Positions 36,404 to 44,674 of a stretch of DNA of 46,211 nt are shown here, in pieces. Source of the stretch: a bacterium. Its GTDB lineage: Bacteria; Patescibacteriota; Minisyncoccia; Minisyncoccales; DAOWIS01. Position numbers and translations under genes: made by a program. The stretch lies in NCBI GenBank assembly GCA_030640805.1, contig DAOWIS010000007.1:1-46211 (forward strand), written 5' to 3'. How positions within the stretch are numbered: position 1 is the stretch's first letter; each line of letters starts with the position of its first letter. A model generated the notes under the pieces. That model saw only the letters and a program-made list of their open reading frames with translations. It did no database searches and was not told the origin of the DNA.

Positions 36404-37816
36404 TTACTCTTTGGGGAATTTTATTTGGATGAGAGAATTTTTAGCTAGAATATAAAGATTTTTATATTTTGAGTTATAATAGAAATCGAAATTACCAATA
36501 GAATTATATTCTAAAAAATCAACAATATTTCTGGGATCACGGGAATCTAATTCCGTGATTTTTATTTTAATAGAATTATCATCTTCAATAGTAAAAAGAA
36601 TGTGTTCGCCGTCCGGGTACCAAATTGCCTGACCGATATTTTTAGAGAAACGAGTGATAAATTCTTTATCGTCCTTATAATGATATGGCTGGATTAAAAT
36701 GTCATCTAACCAATAGACCCAGATTTCTTTTTCTGAAAAAAGAAGAATTTTTTTCTCATCTCCAGAGATTTTGGCATCTTTCACCGGCTGATGGATTTCT
36801 TTTAAAAGATTGTTTTCGGAATCAAAAAGATAAAAATTATTCTCTTGAAAGATTTCTGTTTTATTTAAAATTCCAAAACCATCATTAAAAAAAATAAATT
36901 TAATATTTTTTTCTCTTAAACTTAGCGGAGAATAGGTAAGCTGTTTTTTAGTACCCTGACCGTTGATTTTAAAAATTAAATCAGTATTTTCTTCCAACCA
37001 ATATATTTCACTACCCTCAATATCATAAAAATCTAAGTTAGAAATTAAAGTTGAAGTAATAGTGCTATTTTCTAAATTAAATTCTACCAATTTTTTACTG
37101 CCTTTAGTTTTTTCAGAGAGAAAAATTATTTTTTCTTTTTCTTGAGGGTGCCAATTAAGATTAGTTGCTAAAGATGGAATGTTTTTTAAAGCGGTTATTT
37201 TAAGAGATCCCTCTTTCAAATTCACCAGTTGCCATTTTTTATCAGCCCAAAAAAGTAATTTTTGAGAATCTGGAGACCATTTTATTTCGGAAATTTCTGA
37301 AAAATTGTCAGCAATTTGTTTTTCTTTATTAGAATTTATATCTAAAACAGATATTTTTTTACCGTCTTCAGTATTGATTACTAAAGCTATTTTTGCTTCA
37401 TTTGGAGAAAATTTAAATTTTTCTATATTTTTAAATAATATATTTTTTTGAGGATTTTTGGGAACCAGTAAAATATTTTTAGCTTCACTGACCATTTCTT
37501 CTTCTACTCTTAAATTCTTAATCCAAGAATGATAATTTTCTTTTTTGAGCTCCACATCATAGGTTTTAGGAATTAGGTTTTGGATAAGAACTCGATGAAA
37601 AAGGGGAGTGATTTTTTTCTTTATTTTTTTGCCATTTAAAAAAACCTCTGCTTCTAAAGATTGAGAGGTTTTTAGAAAAATTCCTCCGGTTTTTACCATT
37701 TCTTTCTTTTGGAAATCAAAACGATACCCTTGAGAATAAAAAATCAAAGGAATAATTATCAAGAAAAATAAAACCACAAAAAAAGAAAAGAGAATGAGTC
37801 GGGTTTTGTAAGTCAT
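36404..37816 (-). CDS. PEGA-domain plus beta-propeller (TolB/WD40-like) membrane protein
   Basis: MTYKTR start, TM, YSQGYRFD....VKTGG, L.PK.Y.V.LKKENY..W.K.L.V, FSP/WSPD repeats; the ORF-track extension to 37972 is MITE-derived. Confidence 0.85.
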   Translation of the reverse strand: MTYKTRLILFSFFVVLFFLIIIPLIFYSQGYRFDFQKKEMVKTGGIFLKTSQSLEAEVFLNGKKIKKKITPLFHRVLIQNLIPKTYDVELKKENYHSWIKNLRVEEEMVSEAKNILLVPKNPQKNILFKNIEKFKFSPNEAKIALVINTEDGKKISVLDINSNKEKQIADNFSEISEIKWSPDSQKLLFWADKKWQLVNLKEGSLKITALKNIPSLATNLNWHPQEKEKIIFLSEKTKGSKKLVEFNLENSTITSTLISNLDFYDIEGSEIYWLEENTDLIFKINGQGTKKQLTYSPLSLREKNIKFIFFNDGFGILNKTEIFQENNFYLFDSENNLLKEIHQPVKDAKISGDEKKILLFSEKEIWVYWLDDILIQPYHYKDDKEFITRFSKNIGQAIWYPDGEHILFTIEDDNSIKIKITELDSRDPRNIVDFLEYNSIGNFDFYYNSKYKNLYILAKNSLIQIKFPKE

Positions 37817-37818
37817 AA

Positions 37819-37978
37819 GACCTTTTGCAAAATAATTTTTCGTCAGGAAATTTGAAGATTTTGAGCGAAAATCGTGAAGAACGAGGAAGGTGTATACAGA
37901 GTATACATCGACGAGTTCTGAACGATTTGCAGCCAAAATATTCAAATTGCAGTAGGAAGGATTGTTTTGCAAAGGGTC
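37819..37978. mobile_element. 160-bp MITE-like palindromic element with TAA target duplication
   Basis: TIR GACCTTTTGCAAAATAAT / ATTGTTTTGCAAAGGGTC; TAA at 37816-37818 and 37979-37981; central GTGTATAC-AGA-GTATACAT hairpin. Confidence 0.85.
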
Positions 37979-38023
37979 TAAATATATTTTACCTTATTCT
38001 CAATCCTTAGAAAAGAATTTTTG

Positions 38024-38072
38024 AAAAATAAAAAGGACGGCGGAGAAACTATGTTTCTTACCGTCGTCCCTT
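38024..38072 (-). terminator. intrinsic terminator for the 38105-38383 gene
   Basis: minus strand GGGACGACGG-TAAGAAAC-ATA-GTTTCT-CCGCCGTCC-TTTTT. Confidence 0.7.
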
Positions 38073-38104
38073 AGCTAATCTCTGGCTTATAAATCGAGAG
38101 AAGA

Positions 38105-38383
38105 TTAATTCTCTATGAAGACGATTTCTCTTATGATCTTTTCTTTGTCCTTATCGAAGATTTTAGACTTAAGCAAATTCGTAGCTTTTTCTTCGAGAGC
38201 AGGATCATATACCCAATTGATAATACAACGAAGATCTGGTTCAGTTGGGCTTTGCTTCAGGAGTTCCTCTGCAGCCATTTTTTTGACCTTGAGAGATCTA
38301 CTCCATGCAAGGATACGTGTGAAATCGTCGTTATCTGGGTTCTTCTTTAAGAATCTTCTCCATAATTTTTCTAATCTATCCAT
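38105..38383 (-). CDS. small helical-repeat hypothetical protein
   Basis: GAAAGGAG SD before ATG 38383; own promoter and terminator; internal repeat L.KNP...D...I / L.QSP...DL..I. Confidence 0.78.
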   Translation of the reverse strand: MDRLEKLWRRFLKKNPDNDDFTRILAWSRSLKVKKMAAEELLKQSPTEPDLRCIINWVYDPALEEKATNLLKSKIFDKDKEKIIREIVFIEN

Positions 38384-38454
38384 TCTTAATTCTCCTTTCA
38401 AGGTTAAATAAATTCTTATTTCTTTCCTTATTCAATTCTCAAGTTTCTGCTTCT

Positions 38455-38538
38455 ATTATAGCATACTGTAATAATTTGTCAAGGGTAGAAAGGTGAGGGT
38501 TGGGAAAATTTGCCAAGATGGAAAATTTTATTTATACT
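38455..38538. promoter_or_regulatory. divergent promoters
   Basis: minus strand: TTGACA(38482-38477), TGcTATAAT(38463-38455); plus strand: TTGCCA 38510, 17 bp, TATACT 38533. Confidence 0.7.
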
Positions 38539-38544
38539 AAAAAG

Positions 38545-39810
38545 ATGAACGAGAGATTTGTAATTGAAGGGGGGAGACCATTAGAAGGCACAGTTGAGAT
38601 AAGCGGCTATAAGAACGCGGCTGGGCCGATTCTGGCTGCCACCTTACTTACTAACCAAAAGTGTATTATTGATAATTTGCCTCAAGTTGAAGATGTTTTT
38701 AACTGTCTGAAGGTCTTAAAGGGTATAGGAGTAAAGATAAATCAATTAGAAAAGAGAAAATTTGAAATTGAAGCCGGCGCTGAAGTCGATCCATCTAAAA
38801 TGAATCCTGATTTAATCGGCAGGACCAGAATGTCGGTTTTATTAATGGGTGCTTTACTTCCCCGGTTTAAAGATTTTAAAATTTCCCGACCCGGGGGAGA
38901 TAAAATCGGTCTGCGACCTATTACTACTCATCTTAACGCCTTAGAAAAATTAGGAGCCAAAATTAAAGAAGAAGGAGATTTTTATCATTTTAACTGCGCA
39001 AATTTAAAAGGAAGAGAGATTGTTTTAAAAGAATTTAGCGTAACAGCTACTGAGAATTTAATGTTGGCCTCAGTCTTAGCCCAGGGAAAAACTATTATTA
39101 AAGGAGCAGCGGCCGAGCCTCAAGTTCAAGATTTAGGTGGTATTTTAAAAGAAATGGGAGCAATAATAGAAGGAGTAGGCACTCATACTGTTGTTATAGA
39201 AGGAATTGAAGAACTGCAGGGAGTAGAGCATAAAGTTATTTCTGATCCTTTAGAGGCCGGTACATTTATAGTGGCTAGCGCGATTACTCCTGGCCAGGTA
39301 GAAATAAAAAATATTATTTTTGAACACTTAGATTTATTTTTAGATAAATTAGAAGAAATGGGAGTTGATTTCAAAAAAAAATCTGATTCTCTACTAGTTA
39401 GATTTTCTCCTAAACTAAAAGCCGTTCATGTTCAAGCTCTTCCTTACCCTGGTTTTCCTACTGATTTAGTGCCAATAATTGTTCCAGCCTTAACCCAGGC
39501 CGAGGGTCGAAGCTTAATCCACGATCCTTTATACGAAAATAGATTTAATTATGTTCAAGAATTAAGAAAGATGGGAGGAGACATAGAGATAGTGGATCCT
39601 CACCGAGTTTTTGTCTTTGGCAAAACTCCTCTTTTTGGAAGAGCTATCGAGAGTTGGGATATTAGAGCCGGGGCTTCCTTAATTATCGCTGGGCTCATAG
39701 CCAGAGGCAAAACAGTAATTAATAATGTCTATCAGATTGATAGGGGATATGAAAGAATTGAAGAAAAATTACAGAACCTTGGCGCAAGCATAGAGAGAAT
39801 AAAATCCTAA
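38545..39810 (+). CDS. murA: UDP-N-acetylglucosamine 1-carboxyvinyltransferase (Asp variant)
   Basis: ISG.KNAA, PGGDKIG.RP, SVTATEN, PYPGFPTD, DIRAG, IDRGYE. Confidence 0.97.
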   Translation: MNERFVIEGGRPLEGTVEISGYKNAAGPILAATLLTNQKCIIDNLPQVEDVFNCLKVLKGIGVKINQLEKRKFEIEAGAEVDPSKMNPDLIGRTRMSVLLMGALLPRFKDFKISRPGGDKIGLRPITTHLNALEKLGAKIKEEGDFYHFNCANLKGREIVLKEFSVTATENLMLASVLAQGKTIIKGAAAEPQVQDLGGILKEMGAIIEGVGTHTVVIEGIEELQGVEHKVISDPLEAGTFIVASAITPGQVEIKNIIFEHLDLFLDKLEEMGVDFKKKSDSLLVRFSPKLKAVHVQALPYPGFPTDLVPIIVPALTQAEGRSLIHDPLYENRFNYVQELRKMGGDIEIVDPHRVFVFGKTPLFGRAIESWDIRAGASLIIAGLIARGKTVINNVYQIDRGYERIEEKLQNLGASIERIKS

Positions 39811-39974
39811 ATCCTAATTTCTAATAAAATTCCCAATGACAAAATCCCAATGTCAAATGAATGATTAAATATCAAATGACAAAATAATAATTTAATCATT
39901 TAGTCATTGGTCATTGATTTGACATTTGTCATTAGACATTTGTCATTTTGCTAGGCATTAGACATTAGGATTTA
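39802..39974. repeat. long inverted heptamer element (murA-mreB spacer)
   Basis: AAATCCT/AATGACA/AATGTCA units on the left; TGACATT/TGTCATT/AGGATTT on the right. Confidence 0.88.
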
Positions 39975-39985
39975 GAAGATATTTT

Positions 39986-40984
39986 ATGAAAATTGGTATT
40001 GATCTTGGTACTTGTAATTCCTTAGTTTTTATCCCTAAAAAGGGGGTGGTTTTAAATGAACCCTCGGTAGTAGCTGTTTCTGTTCCGGAAAATAAAATAT
40101 TGGCAGTGGGAGATGAAGCAAAAGAAATGATTGGGAGGACTCCAGAGACCATTATTGCCTACCGTCCCTTAAAAGATGGAGTAATTGCTGATTTTCGAGT
40201 AACCGAAGCAATGATTCGTTATTTTCTAAACAAAGTTCAAGGAAGGTTGAGATTTTTTCGACCAGAAGTATTAATTGGCATTCCGGCCGGAGTTACTTCC
40301 ACTGAGCGCCGGGCGGTAATTGAGGCGGCAATGCAAGCTGGCGCTAAATCGGCTTATGTAGCCAAAGAGCCGGTTTTAGCGGCGATTGGAGCAGGAATTC
40401 CCATTAATTCCTCTTCAGGTAATATGATTATAGATATTGGAGGAGGAACATCAGAAGTAGCAGTTATCTCGCTTGGTGGAATAGTTGCTTGTGCTTCTTC
40501 TCGAGTGGGGGGGGATAAAATGGATGAAGCAATCTCCATCTTTATAAAAGAGAAATACAATTTAGCTATAGGCGAACAAACTGCCGAAGAAATAAAGATA
40601 AAAATTGGCTTTGCTCTGCCTCAAAAAAAAGAGGAGGTAATGGAAATTAAAGGAAGAGATCTTTTAGAGGGTCTACCAAAAAGTATTTTGATTTCTTCAA
40701 ATGAGATAACTGAAGCGATGTCTAACCAACTTCAAGAAATTATTACTGTCATAAAAACTGTTCTTAGAGATACTCCCCCTGAACTCTCAGCTGATATTAT
40801 AAACAAAGGGATGGTTCTTTCAGGTGGGGGAGCTCTGTTGCGAAAAATTGATGAACTTTTTACCAAAGTTACCGGGGTTCCCTGTTATATTGCTGATGAG
40901 CCAATGCTTTGTGTGGCTAAAGGAACAGGTGCAGTTCTTGAACATTTAGAAGTTTATAAAAGAAGTCTAATGACCCAAAAGTAA
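39986..40984 (+). CDS. mreB: rod shape-determining protein MreB
   Basis: IGIDLGT, NEPSVVA, RPLKDGVIADF, DIGGGT, TPPELSADI, LSGGGALL. Confidence 0.96.
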   Translation: MKIGIDLGTCNSLVFIPKKGVVLNEPSVVAVSVPENKILAVGDEAKEMIGRTPETIIAYRPLKDGVIADFRVTEAMIRYFLNKVQGRLRFFRPEVLIGIPAGVTSTERRAVIEAAMQAGAKSAYVAKEPVLAAIGAGIPINSSSGNMIIDIGGGTSEVAVISLGGIVACASSRVGGDKMDEAISIFIKEKYNLAIGEQTAEEIKIKIGFALPQKKEEVMEIKGRDLLEGLPKSILISSNEITEAMSNQLQEIITVIKTVLRDTPPELSADIINKGMVLSGGGALLRKIDELFTKVTGVPCYIADEPMLCVAKGTGAVLEHLEVYKRSLMTQK

Positions 40985-40987
40985 ACC

Positions 40988-42217
40988 ATGATTATAGGCA
41001 TAAATGCTTCACCAGCTTTTAAATTTCCCAGAACCGGCGTAGAAGAATATACTTATCAGTTAATAAATCATTTAACTAAATTAAAAGAAGCCGAATCTCA
41101 TCGGTTTTTTTTGTATATTGATGTTCGCGAGGCAACCAAACTTCAAAGTACCGGCTGTCCAAATCCCAGCGAGATTTGGCAGCCTACGTTCTCGGCCTGT
41201 CGCCCCCGACTAAAGTCGGGAGACCATGCCGACAGGCCTGCGAAAGTTACTTTGAAAGTTTGTTGCCTCGCTTTAGATCTCCCGTCGAATTTCATTCTTA
41301 AACCCCTATCAGCTCCCTTTTTTTGGACTCAAGGCAGATTGGCTTGGCAGTTGAGAAAAGATAAACCTGATGTTTTTTTTAGTCCTGGCCATGTTCTTCC
41401 CAGATTTCATCCAGAAAATTCAGTAGTTACTATTCACGGTTTAGAGTTTGAGAGATGTCCTCAGTTTTATCCATCTTTTCATAGATTTTATCTTAAAAAA
41501 GTAACAAAATATGCAGTTTCTCGGGCCAAAAAAATTATTGCTGTCTCAAATAACACCAAAAAAGATTTAGTAGAATTATATAAAGTCCCGCCTAATAAAA
41601 TTATGGTAATTTACCACGGTTTAAATAAAGAAAGAAATGTTTCAGGTTTCAGGTTTCATGTTTCATGTTTCAAGAAGTATATTCTCTTTTTGGGGACTAA
41701 AGAAAAAAAGAAAAATATCTCAAATTTAATTAAGGCCTTTGAAATTTTAAAAGATAGATACAAAATCCCTCATAGATTAATTTTAGCAGGGAGAGAACCC
41801 AATAAAAGATTTTACAAGCCCGAGAAAATAGAAGATATTTTAAAGAAATCAAGATATAAAAAAGATATTATTAATTTAGATTTTGTTTCCGAAGATAAAA
41901 AGAAAGAACTCTTTCAAAAAGCCGCTCTTTTTATTTATCCTTCTTTTTATGAGGGCTTTGGAATGCCGATTTTAGAAGCTCAAATAGCTGGTACACCAGT
42001 AATTACCTCCAATATTTCTGCTTTGCCGGAAATAGCCGGCGACGGAGCAATGAAAATAACCCCTCATAATATTGAAGAAATAGCCCAAGCAATGTATAAA
42101 ATTATAAGCGACAAAAACACTGCCCAAAATTTAATAAACAAGGGCTACCAAAACATAAAAAAATTCTCCTGGCAAACCTGCGCCCAAGAAACCCTTAGCG
42201 TTTTACTGACACCTTGA
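40988..42217 (+). CDS. glycosyltransferase family 4 with two in-frame repeat insertions
   Basis: TGVEEY, VVTIHGL, IIAVS..TKKD, YPS.YEGFGMPILEA...G.PVITS. Confidence 0.93.
   Translation: MIIGINASPAFKFPRTGVEEYTYQLINHLTKLKEAESHRFFLYIDVREATKLQSTGCPNPSEIWQPTFSACRPRLKSGDHADRPAKVTLKVCCLALDLPSNFILKPLSAPFFWTQGRLAWQLRKDKPDVFFSPGHVLPRFHPENSVVTIHGLEFERCPQFYPSFHRFYLKKVTKYAVSRAKKIIAVSNNTKKDLVELYKVPPNKIMVIYHGLNKERNVSGFRFHVSCFKKYILFLGTKEKKKNISNLIKAFEILKDRYKIPHRLILAGREPNKRFYKPEKIEDILKKSRYKKDIINLDFVSEDKKKELFQKAALFIYPSFYEGFGMPILEAQIAGTPVITSNISALPEIAGDGAMKITPHNIEEIAQAMYKIISDKNTAQNLINKGYQNIKKFSWQTCAQETLSVLLTP
41127..41271. repeat. 145-nt multi-stem palindromic in-frame insertion
   Basis: GCGAGGCAAC/GTTGCCTCGC, TTCAAAGTA/TACTTTGAA, CCAAATC/GATTTGG, GGCCTGTCG/CGACAGGCC, CCCGACT/AGTCGGG. 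Confidence 0.88.
41637..41671 (+). repeat. in-frame heptamer array A(T/G)GTTTC x5
   Basis: encodes NVSGFRFHVSCFK. Confidence 0.9.
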
Positions 42218-42296
42218 CAAACATAGACCCGATATGGTATAATAGAGGTAGAAAATGATGAGTTCTTTTAAAACCTATTAACCAAAAGAAAGGAGA
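42213..42296 (+). promoter_or_regulatory. promoter module nearly identical to 16414-16469, plus SD
   Basis: TTGACA 42214 (contains GT stop), TATAAT 42238, GTTCTTT, GAAAGGAG. Confidence 0.8.
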
Positions 42297-42303
42297 AATT
42301 AAG

Positions 42304-43092
42304 ATGGAAATTCTTCTTGTTTACCGCGAGAATGACTTATTTCAGGAGTATATCCCTGAAGTTATAGAAACTCTAACTTCTTTAGGCCATCAAGTAAAAA
42401 CTCATAGTTTCCCATTAGGAACCGATAAAGTTGAGATAAGAAAATGGGCCCAAGAGCATAAGAATGAATTTAAAAATCGAGCTGTAATGGTAGATGGAAC
42501 GTTTCGCCGGGCAATTTCCTATGAATTACAAGAAGAACTAGATGTGAACTCTCTAGATGAGTTTTTCGACAAGGCTACTGAGATGGTAGTATTAGGGACG
42601 GACTATAAGGAACTATTGGCTGAGATGGGTTCTTCTGACATGGAAACAACGGGGAAAGCTTATTATGCTTTAATTCAGCGCATCCTTGAAAGTAAGGAAA
42701 ATCTTCCGGAAAAGGTGTATGTTCGCGGATATCACATCCTTGATCACAATCCATTCTACTCATTAATACAGTCGTTAAAAGACGATATAAAAAAGGCAGA
42801 AGCAGTAGCAGTGGAAACATTAAAGAAGTGGTTAGTTGAGGGAGGAATTCCGGCTGGTAGTATTTTATTCTATGAAGGAGAGAAAGGAGAGGTAGAAATA
42901 GGTGCAGGAGACTGGATTATTGCAGATAGGCATATAATAGAATGGGTTTATAAGGGGCACCCCACCATAATTTTGGAGATGCCGTTCTCAAACTTCTACC
43001 GTAGTGCCCAAAAGCAAGGCTTGATTAAATTAAGACCGAGGGAGATCGAAAAAAACCTAAGGAAGTTATTGAGAGAAAAATTTAGCACATAA
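42304..43092 (+). CDS. hypothetical protein
   Basis: 262-aa ORF with promoter, SD and terminator. Confidence 0.82.
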   Translation: MEILLVYRENDLFQEYIPEVIETLTSLGHQVKTHSFPLGTDKVEIRKWAQEHKNEFKNRAVMVDGTFRRAISYELQEELDVNSLDEFFDKATEMVVLGTDYKELLAEMGSSDMETTGKAYYALIQRILESKENLPEKVYVRGYHILDHNPFYSLIQSLKDDIKKAEAVAVETLKKWLVEGGIPAGSILFYEGEKGEVEIGAGDWIIADRHIIEWVYKGHPTIILEMPFSNFYRSAQKQGLIKLRPREIEKNLRKLLREKFST

Positions 43093-43132
43093 GAGAATAA
43101 AGAGAGCAAGCTAAATCATTCTCCAAAAATTC

Positions 43133-43169
43133 AAAAAACCTGTCTTTTAAAAAAAAGACAGGTTTTTTT
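43133..43169 (+). terminator. intrinsic terminator
   Basis: AAAAAACCTGTCTTTT...AAAAGACAGGTTTTTTT. Confidence 0.8.
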
Positions 43170-43178
43170 ATCCCAACT

Positions 43179-43347
43179 AATCTTACGAAGTTAAACTTCG
43201 TAAGATTTGGAAGAAAATTATGGAGGTTTGTAGAAAATTATGGAGGTTCAACCTCCATAATTAATTTGAACCTCCATAATTACTTTAAAATAGAAGAATG
43301 CGAAAAAGGTTCAAATCCCAGCGATCGCCGCAATTTGAACCTTTTTT
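43179..43347. repeat. cluster of palindromes
   Basis: AATCTTACGAAGTT-A-AACTTCGTAAGATT; AATTATGGAGGTT-C-AACCTCCATAATT with extra half copies; AAAAAGGTTCAAAT...ATTTGAACCTTTTT. Confidence 0.88.
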
Positions 43348-43516
43348 ATTTTGCTGTTTATTTTGCTGTCCTATTAAAATTAAAATTGCAATTATTTTTT
43401 TAATCCGATAAGATAACTATAAGATGATTACTGGAAAATTTTGAATTTTAACTCATTAAACGTATCTTTTTTATCTTTTTCGTATATTCGTAAAAGATTC
43501 GTAATTTCGTAGGAGT

Positions 43517-44638
43517 ATGAAAATTGCTTTGGTTCATGATTTTTTAGTGAGATTTGGAGGAGCAGAAAGAGTTCTGCTTTCTTTGCATAAACTTTTTCCC
43601 GAAGCTCCTATCTATACCTTACTCTACGAGCCATCAAAAATGGAGCCCTATTTTTCTGATGCCGAAGTTAGAACTTCTTTTTTAGATAAATACCCAGGAT
43701 TTTTAAAAAGAAAATATAGATATCTTTTACCTTTATTTCCGACAGCCATAGAATCTTTTAATCTTCGGGATTTTGATTTAGTAATTTCTTCTTCAGATGC
43801 TTTTTCTAAAGGGATTATAGTCAGACCTAAAACCCTTCATATTGCTTATCTTCATAGTCCAATGAGATTTGCCTGGGATTGGAATCAAGAATATTTAGGA
43901 GAGCAAAGAAAAGGAAAGATTTTAACCGGCATTATGAAAATTTTAGTTCATTATTTAAGAATTTGGGATAGAAATGCCGCCCAGAGACCCGATTTTCTGA
44001 TTGCCAATTCTCAATATACGGCCCAGCGAATCAAAAAATACTATCAAAGAGAAGCGAAGATAATCTACCCTCCGGTAAAAACCTCAGGCGCATCGCTAAG
44101 AAAAGCGTTTCACAGCGATATGCCTGAAGTAAAAGACAATTATTTCCTTATTATTTCTCATCTTTCTCCTTATAAAAAAATCGATATCGCCATAGAGGCC
44201 TTTAATAAATTAGAATTCCCTTTGATAATTATTGGCGAAGGCCCAGAAAGAAAACGACTTCAAAAAATCGCTAAATCCAATATTAAATTTTTGGGCTGGC
44301 AATCAGAAGAGATAAAAAATCAGTATTTAAAAAATTGCTTGGCTTTAATTTTTCCCGGAGAGGATGATTTTGGAATAACTATGGTAGAGGCAGCCAGTTT
44401 TGGTAAGCCAGTTTTGGCTTTAAGACAGGGAGGGGCTAATGAAATAATAATAGAAGGAGAAACTGGAGAGTTTTTTGATGAACCGGATGTAGTAGTTTTG
44501 GCTGATGGTGTAAGGAGATTAAAAGAAAATCTCAAAAAATACAATCCCAAAAAAATAAAACTCCAAGCCCAAAAATTCAGCCAAGAGAGATTTGAAAAAG
44601 AAATAAAACAATTTATAGATTCTAAATTTTCGTTTTAA
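43517..44638 (+). CDS. glycosyltransferase family 4
   Basis: MKIALVHD.L...GGAERVL, YLHSPMRFAWD, IANS, EDDFGITMVEA...GKPV. Confidence 0.94.
   Translation: MKIALVHDFLVRFGGAERVLLSLHKLFPEAPIYTLLYEPSKMEPYFSDAEVRTSFLDKYPGFLKRKYRYLLPLFPTAIESFNLRDFDLVISSSDAFSKGIIVRPKTLHIAYLHSPMRFAWDWNQEYLGEQRKGKILTGIMKILVHYLRIWDRNAAQRPDFLIANSQYTAQRIKKYYQREAKIIYPPVKTSGASLRKAFHSDMPEVKDNYFLIISHLSPYKKIDIAIEAFNKLEFPLIIIGEGPERKRLQKIAKSNIKFLGWQSEEIKNQYLKNCLALIFPGEDDFGITMVEAASFGKPVLALRQGGANEIIIEGETGEFFDEPDVVVLADGVRRLKENLKKYNPKKIKLQAQKFSQERFEKEIKQFIDSKFSF
44081..44130. repeat. in-frame palindromic insertion in GT4
   Basis: ACCTCAGGCGCATCGCT...AGCGATATGCCTGAAGT, encoding TSGASLRKAFHSDMPEV. Confidence 0.75.
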
Positions 44639-44674
44639 TTTTCCTTTAGTTTCCCGAGAAGTTCCTTATACACT

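Noticed and set aside
37825-38411. Plus-strand ORFs 37825-38010 and 38115-38411
   Set aside because: The first lies within the MITE; the second is antisense to a gene that has a promoter, SD and terminator.
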